A stretch of 64,000 nt of DNA from assembly GCA_905178155.1 (NCBI GenBank), contig CAJINV010000007.1:68799-132798 (forward strand), read 5' to 3'. The position numbers and the translations under genes were made by a program. Below the pieces are notes generated by a model that was not told the origin of the DNA, did not search any database, and saw only the letters and a list, made by a program, of their open reading frames with translations. Source of the DNA: Amoebophrya sp. A120 (taxonomy: Eukaryota > Protista > Dinoflagellata). Of the stretch, positions 45,401-56,000 are shown piece after piece (position 1 is the stretch's first letter; the number at the start of each line of letters is the position of its first letter).

Positions 45401-47007
45401 GTTATACTGAATCCCTTCAGTTTCGACTTCATGGAGCGCTCGAGGAGTATGAGACTACACAACTCCCTCTCCCCCTCATTTGTAATGCAAAATACCAAAT
45501 CCACCCTTTGCCCCTTGGCACTTTTTGCATGACAAATTCTGGAACCTCAAACAGCACTACAATCTTCCTGGGCGAAGTTGTCATGCAAGACCTGCATTGT
45601 TGCCGACGCTTGTATTGCTGTTTATGCCCGACAAATGAGGGGGGCAGTTGTGCACCCTCATAAGTAGAAAGACAAAGGCAAAAATCCCCGCAAAAATCAG
45701 CATACAGGATAGATGCACGTAGAACCGACTCGGGAAAACCCAGGTCAGCAGGATACTGGAGAAGAAATACAGCAAGATGGCCTATCCTGAGTAAAAGCGT
45801 CCCCATACCAGGGTAAAGATGGGAAATCTGCTAGACAAATCAGCCACCTTTGGTTGTTTCGCACGACAAGTTCATCCTCGTAGAAGTGTCATCCTGTTTA
45901 GCTAGTTCAGCAGCATCACAGGTCTATCATATCATGCTGTTTCTAGCATCACAAATTATCCCAAAACACGACTAGAAAAAGCCTCTCATGGGGCTTCGCA
46001 TGAGAAACTTTTTTGGCATGCAGATTTGCATGACAACTCTGGGGTGGGGATGTTTTTACTTAGAATATCGCCAGCTTAAACATCAAGTAGACGGACTCTT
46101 GCTCTTTCTTCAAAAAGTCCACTGCCCGGTGAAAGCTGGCAATTCCGTCGGGACCCCGCAGCGCCAGTCCCGGGCCCCACATCGCGAGAAAGACCGTGCA
46201 GTATTGTCTGAAATTTATCAACCATGATGTGATCCCCATTCCCTTTTTGCATGACAAACACAGAATCATTTACATTTTCGTACATGTTTATTTGCATGAC
46301 AAATTGGATGGGGCGGAAGATGGTGACTTTATTTGAGGGAATACCCATGTCACGGTGCACACGGAAGCGCCAAAGGCGCCGGACGTGAGCGAGAGGTATG
46401 CAATACAAATTTCCCGTACATGTACAAGATGCATCACAAATTTCGCCAATTTGAAGCGTAAAACTTGTCATGCTAGACTAGGATCGAAGCCAATTTTTGT
46501 CATGCAGAGACCGCATGTGTACGTGTACGGGAAATTGCCTGTGGATAAGAGGTAAACCGAAGACACGAGGTAGGAGGTTTCGTAGGGTATCGGTGTCGTC
46601 AGTTGGTTGAAAAGGTATCAAATGCAAAAATGTCTGGGTCTGGAAACTTGTGATGCTGGTTGAGAAAAACGAGAAAACCTCAATCGACTGCCAAGCATGA
46701 CAAGTTTTGGAGTTGCTACAGTCTTGTCTATTCTGCATGGCAAACTGGGCGTCTACATGAGAGAAAAGTGGGGGGTTTGGGTCACGCGCATTACAGACTT
46801 AGGAGTCATGCCAGCCAAGCATGACAAACCTTTCATCTTTCCAGACCCAGACATATTTGCAATGCATAAGAGGAACCCACCGACAATGGTCGACGCGCCG
46901 CACCAGAGCCAATAATTCGCGACGTAGTAATCTAGTTCCAACTGCCGCAGTTCGGCTTGGCGGATTGACACATCCGCCACGACCTCGTTCTTGTAGGCTT
47001 GAAGCAT
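42490..47007 (-). CDS. Four-TM membrane protein, Orai/CRAC-channel-like fold suspected
   Basis: MLQAYKNEVVADVSIRQAELRQLELDYYVANYWLWCGASTIVGGFL-FNQLTTP...VSSVYL-SLTSGAFGASVCTVTW-xVFLAMWGPGLALRGPDGIASFHRAVDFLKKEQESVYLMFKLAI-LLYFFSSILLTWV...IFAFVFLL-ERSMKSKLKGFS-IETLQNEN...; four hydrophobic segments. The family assignment is inference. Confidence 0.7.
42929..45201 (-). mobile_element. Poly(A)-tailed retro-insertion
   Basis: T17 at 42929-42945; duplication AGATTTGTCTTGCATGA at 42912-42928 and 45202-45218. Confidence 0.75.
44406..44810 (-). CDS. Short ORF (134 aa) with reverse-transcriptase-like motifs in reversed order
   Basis: AVAQFGDDIAV, then MGVRQGLMGPEIL, then HILALDINNFFNAV. Confidence 0.45.
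   Translation of the reverse strand: MARENNDEAAQEEIAVAQFGDDIAVTVPMGVRQGLMGPEILQLIRRVLGQEEPQERPRHGANNHILALDINNFFNAVPVHAQRAEGEDGAERDGQDDEEQADQNEGAEQAAEQGGGNRNRRRFMGSHSVRSRKA
45448..45662. mobile_element. Introner family E
   Basis: TIR; DR AGGAG/AGTAG. Confidence 0.82.
45783..46067. mobile_element. Introner family D
   Basis: TIR; DR TGGCC/TCGCC; reverse orientation of 35732-36025. Confidence 0.85.
46202..46343. mobile_element. Degenerate introner
   Basis: TATT...AATA weak TIR, two GCATGACAA motifs, DR lost; needed to join two TM exons. Confidence 0.5.
46397..46547. mobile_element. Introner (AATTTCCCGTACA type)
   Basis: TIR; DR AGAGG. Confidence 0.88.
46616..46868. mobile_element. Introner family B
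   Basis: TIR; DR AAAGG/AGAGG. Confidence 0.88.
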
Positions 47008-49227
47008 GATGACGATGCCCGCTCTCTTGTTTCAACAGTTTAGAATTAAAATTATCAAACCATTTGCGATTGCACATACTTTTACTTTATAATCTTCATT
47101 TTCCAAATAAGTACAACACACCATTATAATTCACGCGGCAGCTAATAAAGTACTTACAACTTTGTCTCCTGTGTCTCTTCTGCTCTACATCGCGCCACTC
47201 TCACCACGCAGACAAGCAGAGCCGCTCCCCCCCCTCGCAAGGGAAAACAGCATGCAAGAAAGGCGACGAAACCGAAATGGTCAACTACATACGCCCGCGC
47301 TCGTCATTCTCTATCATTAGATCGGACAAGGAAGAGGAAGTAATTGAACACGGTCGTGTCAGACAAGTGGTATATCAGACGACCAACATCTTCCGATCGC
47401 TACCAATGCAGCAACAACAGCTGGAGCTTTGTTTTCCTTTTCGATTCCTTTCTAAAAAATCATACAAAGCATCAGGCTGCACGCGCAGTCCTAATTATAC
47501 AGGTGGTTTTTGGAGGAAGTCCAGCAGCAGGTCCACACAAGTAACCGCTTCGCATAAGGAGCAGTTGTGCTCCTCTAGTACTTCCTGCGCGGTCACTGTA
47601 CAGGCAGGTGCTGTACTGTTTCCAGCGAAACAGCCTATCCTCTACGCCAGATCGCGGCATATTTGTCGAAAAGTAAAGTCATCATACACAAAATCTCAAA
47701 AACTACAGCATGTATCGTACCGACATCAAAACGCCCAAAGTTGTGTAGGTGTTCTATCTTCTTCCAGGTAAAAATCTTCTCTGATGTTAGAAAAAATGGC
47801 TTCAAACATTTTCCAGGTGTATAGTAATTGGTCCTCGGCTGTTCCATAATTTAAGAACTTCTTAAGCAGCCCTCTGTAGTTGTTGGGTCGAAGTTGTTGG
47901 CCACTTTTTCAGGATTTTTCGTGATCGGAAGTTGTGCGCATAAAAATGTGTAAACAGCTACTTTGAATTATGCATATGCGTCGAAAGCACCAGCAGCCTC
48001 CTGCTTCTAGTCGTACTTGCATGCTCTTGTTGTATCCCCAGCCCTCTTCTTCATTGGGCAGATTTTCGCCCTAACGCTTTCAGGCCGGAAAATCCAAAAT
48101 TTTTTCGAGTTTTTTTTTTCTTCGGCAGATGCCCCATTGTTCGAGAAACAAAAGAAAAGGCAAGGCGGGCCCTGAGAATGGCGAGGCGGGAAGCGTCACA
48201 GGTGGGAGAGGCAGAGGCAAGAGTAATTTTGTAAGGGGCGCGCGGCTGCCTGAGCCTCCGGAGGAGGGGCGACAAAATACGCAAGAAAGAATGGCCACAG
48301 CCTGCGCATGAGGTAGTCGACTGGCATATGGAGAAAGCCGAACCAGCCCTGACACAAATCCCCGGCGCTGGGCAATGGGGCCCAGGGCTTCATCGATGGA
48401 TTCTTCCCAGCTCAGCGCGGGCGTGGGGAAAAAGGACGTCGCAAACTCCACGAGCCTGCCGTGAAATTTTCGTGAGATTTCCTGCTCGGAAAATTTCAGG
48501 AAAATTTCAAACAGGCTCAGGAAAATTTCAATTCGGCTCAGGAAAATTTCAATGGACCTCAAAAATGGTCCCGGAAAATTTCAAAAATCGGGCATGTAGC
48601 GCAAAATCCCTCACGTTTTTGCAATTTGCCCGATTTTTAAAATTTTCCTGAAATTTTCCTTGCGATGGTTTTGGTTTTCTTTTGATTTTCCTCAAAATTT
48701 TCCTGGGATTTTCCGCGACCACCCCCGCGGCAAAATCCCAGGGAAAATCTGTAGCGCAGAGAAGGTTCTCAGAAAACCACTACACACCCACAGAAGCCGA
48801 CGAAAGGTTGGCGCCCGAGATTTTTCGCAGGCGAAAACCTAAAACACACCCACCCGACATTTTGTCGAACATCGGAAAACCCCACACATGAAGAGAACAC
48901 AACTCCCATCCAACCCACCCCATGCTGGGTCCTCTGAGCACAGAGCTGGCCCACAAGACACAAGAACACGGACTCAACAAGACCCGAAGGAGAAAAGGAT
49001 ACCGGAGAGACGCAGGCAACCACCATCGAAACCCCGAAGCCCCGGCCATCTGCGGGAAAACGAAAGCGGAAAGCTTTTTTTTGGATTTTTTTCGGATTTT
49101 GTTTGCGGGGTTTTTGGATTTTCCGAAATGTTTCCGCTTAGGCCCAAAATCCCACCAATCTTCAGGAGGTGCTGAGAAAAGTATAGTAAAAATTGATAGT
49201 CATATCTACAATTTCATCGCAAGACTC

Positions 49228-49720
49228 ACGAATAATTCAACTTTCCGAATAATTCAAATTGAATACTTCAACTTCGTGAATAATTCAAATTGAATAATTC
49301 AATTTCGTGAATAATTCAAATTGAATAATTCAATTTCATATCAAGTCTCAATCTCAAGTCTCAATCTCAGTCTCAATCTGAATCTTAAATCTTAGCCCAG
49401 TCTCAAATCTTATTCGAATCTCCAATCATCTTAAATCGCAATCTCAATCTTAAATCTCAATCTGAATCTTAAATCTCAATCTAAATCTTAGATCACATAT
49501 CAAATCTCAATCTCTTCTATCATCATCGCAGATGTAGTCTCAGTCTGAATCTTAAATGATATCACAGTCATAATCTATCTGCAACCTTCCCATCTCGATC
49601 AAGCAAAGTCTAAGGCTTAATCTTTGATCGTAGTCAGTTTCATCTTTCACAAGTCTCGATCGCGAGTCATAATCTCGATCACAAAAAATACTTTCGATCT
49701 CAAGTCATAATCTACAAATC
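49228..49720. repeat. AT-rich minisatellites (GAATAATTCAAATT units, then AATCTC-like units)
   Basis: Direct inspection. Confidence 0.8.
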
Positions 49721-49721
49721 G

Positions 49722-50045
49722 CACAGATTGGGGCGCAGCGTCATCATATCGAAAGGGCGGGGGGGGCGCGGGGGGGGGCGAGGGCCCCCCGCATGTGAGT
49801 CGTCATCTCAAAAGTCATGGGCTTAGATCTTAAATAAAGGCATGCTCATCGATCTCAAAATCATTCACACAGATTGGGGCGCAGTGTCATCATATCGAAA
49901 GGGCGGGGGGGGCGCGGGGGGGGGCGAGGGCCCCCCGCATGTGAATCCTCATCGCAAAAGTCATGCGCTTAGATCTTCAAGTTATAATCTTAGATCTTAA
50001 AATCATTCATACAGATTGGGCCGCAATGTCATCATATCGAAACGG
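49722..50045. repeat. ~145-bp tandem duplication with G-rich core, plus a partial third copy
   Basis: CACAGATTGGGGCGCAG...GAAAGGGCGGGGGGGGCGCGGGGGGGGGCGAGGGCCCCCCGCATGTGA at ~49722 and ~49867. Confidence 0.85.
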
Positions 50046-50219
50046 CGAGTGAAGTAGGGGGCCACTCGGATCCGCGCGATCGCGTGCCACTTTCTTACTG
50101 AAATCCCTAAGGAACAAAAGAACTCAGCTGATCGCGCGCCCGAGGAGAACAACGCGATCAGGCGGCCGAATAGTGAAGGCGGCGATCGCATCCCTGCAAG
50201 CTGTACATGGATTGCCACC

Positions 50220-51430
50220 TATCCTACTGAGAAATCTTTCCCCTGGGTAGCCAGAATTGCTGCGCTAAGCACAGCAATTCGGGGAAAACAAACAACATTC
50301 TCCATCCCATTGCCCACACCTTCCCACCACTATCCCAATGCTCCTGCATTATCCTGATACCCTCCCAGTACCCTACTGGGAAATCTTTTCCCTGGGTAGC
50401 CAGAATTGCTGTGCTAAACACAGCAACTCGGGCAAAAAAGCGAACTTTTCCCATCCGTTCCCAATATCCTCCAACTATCCTGAAGATATCCTTCCAGTAT
50501 CCTACTACGAAACCTTTTCCCCAGGTAGCCAGAATTGCTGTGCTAAACGCAGCAACTTGGGCAAAAAAACGAACTCTTCCCATCCATTCCCAATATCCTC
50601 CAACTATCCGGAAGATACCCTTTCCGTATCCTACTGGGAAATCTTTTCCCCAGGTAGCCAGAATAGCTATGCTAAACGCAGCAACTCGGGAAAAAAAACT
50701 TCCCATCCGCTTCCAATATCCTACTCCCAGCCTGCAAATTCTCTTTCAATATTCTACCGGAAACCCTCCCTCTGGGCAGCCAGAATGCCTATGCTAAACG
50801 CAACAACTCGGGAGAAAAGCCAAGCACTCTTCCGGATCCTGGCGACTTCCTCCCAATATCCTACCGGAAACCTTTGTTTCCCCTGGGTAGGCAGAAGCGC
50901 TATGCTATACACAACAACCCGGGGAAAAAAGCTATGCGAACCACAACAATTCATCTAGGGTCGCTCGGATCTGCGCGATCGCGTGTCACTTCCTTACTGA
51001 AATACCTAAGGACAAAACGCCTCAGCTGACGATCGCACGCACGGAGACATCACGAGCAGCCGACGGAGACGGAAGGCGGCAACCACAGCCCCGGATGGTG
51101 CACCTGGAAGGCGTGCAACGATGGCGCAGAGGGATGCCTCCGCCAATATCTTCCCACCATTCTACTAGAAAACCCATGCCCCGGGTAGCCAGAATAACTG
51201 CGCTAAACACAACAACTCGGGAAAAAGAAACAAACTCCCAATACCTTTCCACTATCCCAATGAACACCGTCCCACAGCCCTACTAGAAGATCCTTGCCCC
51301 GGGTAGCCGGAGTAGCCGTGCTAAGCACAACAACCCGAGAAAAGCTTCAGCTCTGCCACCCCTTCCCGATAGCTTCCCGATACCTGCTGCGCAGCATCCT
51401 TCTAGGAAAACCCTTCCCCGGGTAGCCAGA
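50220..51430. repeat. ~120-bp degenerate tandem repeat
   Basis: Recurring CCCTGGGTAGCCAGAATTGCTGTGCTAAACACAGCAACTCGGG. Confidence 0.85.
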
Positions 51431-51499
51431 AGAGTTTTGCTAGCGCGGGAAGAAAACCCGCAAAACTGAAGAGAGATCAGCTGCCTTGCGATTCTTGAC

Positions 51500-52720
51500 A
51501 GCTGCAAATGCCCCGAGGCATCTCCGCCCGCAAATCTATCCACCTGGCAACGCCTTGAGGCGTCTTGGCCTGGAATCCCAGCTCACAATACGCCGCGGAT
51601 GCCTTTTCAAAGTGTTCCCCACAGCTGGACTCCAGGCTAGAAAACGAAAATCGTCTTCGGCTAACACTTTGAAAAGGCCGGGCGAAAGTGCGCTGAAGCA
51701 GCCTGCTCGATGCGTTTCCTTCTGGATTTCCCTCGAAATGGCGTCTCCAGCAAGCTGGACTTCCATTGCCACGGCGCCTCCAGCTGGATACTCTTCGAAG
51801 CGGCGCCCCCGAACGATTTCCAGCTGGGGGCGCGTTGCTTGCGGATGCCTCTTTAAGTAATGCATTGGCTCCCGGCTGGATTAATTTCCTCCCCGCTAGA
51901 AAAAAACACGCCGCCGCCTGGGTTTCCCGCTAGGAATGCTCTGAAAAGGCGTCTCCGGCTCCATTTCACGCGAGAAATTCCCTGCGAAGGTGTTGCAAGC
52001 TGAATTTCTTCCAGTTGGGGGCGCTTTGGCGATGCCTCTCCGGCTGGATTTCGTTCAGGGAACGCGCTGGCGATGCCTTCTGCCTGGATCTCTAGCCGGA
52101 AACACGCTGCCGCTGCCTCTCCGGCTGTATTTCATTCCGTCCAGCTAGAAAGGCGCTGAGACGGCATTGCTAGCTGGATTCCCTGCTGGACACACACCGG
52201 GGCGGCGTCGCTAGCTGGATTTCTAGCTAGCAACGCACTGAGACGGCGTCGCTCGGTGGGTTTCCAGCTAGAAACGCACTGAGACGGCGCCGCTAACTAG
52301 ATTTCCACCCAGAAGCGCGCTGCGATGGCGTCTCTAGCCGCGTTCCCAGCTCGACATGCCTCGAAAAGGCATCCATCAGGCCACGGATGCATTTTCGCTG
52401 CGTCTCCGGCCGGGTTTACTTCCAGCTAGAAGAAATGCACTGAGAAGGCATCAACAGCTGGGCTCCCAGCTGGAAAAGCGTCGCGCGTGCGTTTCCAATG
52501 CGTTCCCGGCTGGATTTCCTTCCAGCTGGAAACGCACGGAGGGGGCCTCTCTGGCTGGATTTCCAGCTAGGAATGCAAATGCTGCGTCTGAGAGGGCGTC
52601 TCTAGCTGGATCTCCACCAGCTCGGTAGAAATGCCCTGAAGAGGCATTTTCGGCTGGGGTGCGCTGCGGATGCGTTTTTAATGTGCTTCCGGCTGGGTTT
52701 CCTTGCAGCTGGACACGCAC
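51500..52720. repeat. Degenerate CCAGCTAG/GCTGGATTT repeat tract
   Basis: Roughly 40-bp units, clearest at 52130-52330. Confidence 0.7.
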
Positions 52721-53004
52721 TGCGGCACAACAGCAGAAGCAGTGTTTTTCTCAGTTGCTACCGGAAACGACGGACCGCGCGCCGTCGCGGCAGGTGAACT
52801 CTGTGAAAAATGCTCCTTCTAGCGCAAGTGTGCGATGTCACACCGAGCGGGCGAAGCTATTCGAATCTCGTCTGCTCCTATGTAGAAGAAGAAGTTCGAG
52901 TTCCTCAACATGATCAAGAAATAACACGATTCTGCTGTCCATTTATCGAACGACCGTGTCAATTAAACCTCGTTAAGTAAGTACTTACTCAGCGGATGCT
53001 GATT

Positions 53005-56000
53005 TCAAATCATCTCCCAATCGGAAAAATGATCGCCTTCCAGTACAGCAGCTACCTTGCTACTCTGCGGAACATATGGATTGCGAATATGTCTGGGTCT
53101 GGATCTGGAACGATGCCGGGTCTGGTGATGCGTGTCCAAGGAGAGACCCTGCAGTCTCTTCGAAAGGCTATTGACGGCCTCGTCGTCGACGAGTGCGCCG
53201 CTGGCACGACAATTTTCAGGACCACCAACATTCGCCGTATCACCGTGAGCCTGATGATCGCGCATCAGTCGGGTGTTGGTGTAGCTGCGATTCTGTCCCC
53301 GCTTTTTTGGCTCACCATTCATTTCCGTTTCAACCAGCCCGGATTCCTTTCCAGGCTGCAGGTATGCATTGCAAATATGTCCGGATGTCTGGAAGGATGC
53401 AAGGTTTGTCATGCTTGTCTGGCACAAACGCAGTTTTTCATGCGGCAGGCGCAACGCTAAGCTGCGCAAATATTTCTCATGCTTGGCTGTGCACCATTAC
53501 AGACGAGAATTCACTATTCACAACTCAGCATTACAAGTTTCGGTTTCCAGACCCAGACATATTTGCATTTGATAGAACAAGCTGAGCTGGAACAGGAAGA
53601 ACTCGATCGGCAAGCCCGTCTGCCACGGGGTTATTATGGAAGCGTCAGGATTGAAATCGTCAAAGTCGTAACTAATAGTTTGTGATGCATAAAATGCAAC
53701 CCACAAAATGCCTGTCTTGCAGAGTAGGCAAGGGAGGCAGGTTGTAAGCCTGTTGAGGGGTAGAAATAGAGCTGCTAAAGTAGCACGACAAAAGGCGTCT
53801 TCCTTACCCAAACAGCATTACAAACTGGATTTCGGCTCTACCCAAATTTGTCATGCGCCAGTTGAGAACTGGGTTACATCTGGCATCCATTTTATGCATG
53901 ACAAATCATTTCAACTTTGTCGATTTCAATCCTGACGCTTCCATAGTCTTGCGCGGCGAACTGTCCTGCTCGACGTTGCCTTTTTCGGCGGCGCGACTGA
54001 GAAGAAGTACTTGCGCGACCAGTGGCTTTTCGTTTATTTGTTGACGTGCGCAGCGCCTGCTGCTGCGCAGTAGACTCAATCCGTTCCACGTTCGACGCTT
54101 TGAGCATCTCGACAATGGATTGTCGTTGCCCATACTTCGACCGTTATCCTGTGCAAAAACGTCCCCAGCCTCAAGATGGGATGAAATCTACTTTAGACAA
54201 ATCAACCAGCTTTGGTCGTTTCGCAGTGGTTGTTTCGCATGTTGACAAGCTTTGTTCCTTCATAGTGTAAAACTCCTGTTCAGCTAGTTCAGCAGCGTCG
54301 CAGATATAGCATGTCACGCTGATTCTAGCATGACAAATTCGACGTCCAAAACACGACTAGAAAATGCTTCTCATGGGTTTCCGCGTGGGAAATTTTCTTT
54401 GGCATGCAGATTTGCATAAATGCAACTCTGGGAACCGTGGGGACGTTTTTGCTCAGGATAACCGCCACAGCGTACTCCCAAGGAAATCTACGGTAACGAG
54501 ATTGACTGCTCTGCCTTTCATCGGAGGCTTCTGCGCACCAGACGACGCGAGCATCAGTAGTTGCCACAGCTTTTCCCACCAAGCTTGTTCTTCAGGCACA
54601 GGACGGGCGCTAGAAGGAAAAGCTCCTGCTTGTTGATATAAATCCGCCGCCTTCACAAACTCGAAGTCAGCACCCACCTTCGCATGGTTGTCGGCGTAGA
54701 AGGCGCTGTGTGGTGCTGATTATTATCAAATGCAAAAATGTCTGGGTCTGGAAAAATGCCAGACTTGTCATGCAGATTTTACATGACCCATAACGCCTGT
54801 AATGGATAACCTGGCATCGCAGATTTTTAGCGGGCTTTCTGATGCCTATCCCGGATGAGAAATGCCATCTCCATGTAGCACAAACTGGACCCCTCTTGCT
54901 GGTCATGCAATACAGATTTTTTTAGAATGCAGAGACAGCATCACAAGTTGCAATCTTCCAGACCCAGACATATTTGCATTTGATACTGATGTTTTTTCAC
55001 CAGCGGACGACGACGAGGACATCAACGTCTTCGCGTGCTCGACTCTTCTTTCCCACCGCTCGCAGTTTTCTTCCAGAATCGTGTACACCTCATTTCGCGG
55101 AACTCCGGTAAATGTGAAGGAAGACCGGAAAAGCGGAGTACTAGTACCCACTTGCTTGGGGATGAAATTCTGAAACTTCTTCACTTGTCCGTCCATCACC
55201 TTTGACAGGTCCGTGGAACTCGAATACCCACCCACAAACTCGTCTTGAAACGAAAAAACGCTGTCTGCTAGTTGCGCGGTTTCTTCGGAACCTGTACCTA
55301 GCAGCCGCCCCCGCAGCTCTCGATAGGCTTTCTTTTTAGCCTCGGAACTACCCGCGTAGTAGGTCACCACAATCCTCGGTCCTCGGTTATTTCTTGGAAA
55401 TAGAGTCGTGCCGCGTTTGGAATCGTCGAAGATTGGTGCGGCCTTCACGACTTCGGCAACCGTCCACTCGGACAGAAGCGGCGTCTCCTCGGGGGGGTCG
55501 CAGAGAACGTTCTGGAAGGTGCCAAGAGGAGCCATCCTCCGTTTCGCTTTCCTCGTCGAGCAGGCGCTGCCTTGCATCATCAAGATGTTTTTTCTTGTTC
55601 AGGTCCATTATTTTCGGGCCCCGCGTCCTGCTTACCAACAAGTCTGCCAGAGCAGAAGCTTCCTCGTCCAGGGTGGTAGTTGATGTTCTATTTTTTATAA
55701 TTCTTGTGGGCGACTTCTGAAAAAACCGCCTCAGCAGCTTCTCCGCCGTGTCGACATTACTTCTCAGGTTCAAAAAAATCACTTGGTCTCGGCTTTCCTT
55801 CTCGAACCGTTTCTCGAAGCAGAACGCTGCAAGGTCCGCGAAAACAGCATCGGCCGAAACAGCTAGTTGACGCACACCGAAACCGAAATCCCCATGGTAC
55901 GCGCGGATAATTTCCTCGTTGGCGGCTCCGCTGGCTGCATCCAGAACGAATCTCAAGTCAAACCACCGCGCGCCAGCGCGGAGCTGATCAAGGATGGACA

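Larger units (their letters stand above)
42865..45406. mobile_element. Introner (866-1117 family) interrupted by a 2.3-kb retro-insertion
   Basis: TIR halves at both ends; DR CTGAA; removal joins LKGF-SIETLQ. Confidence 0.85.
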
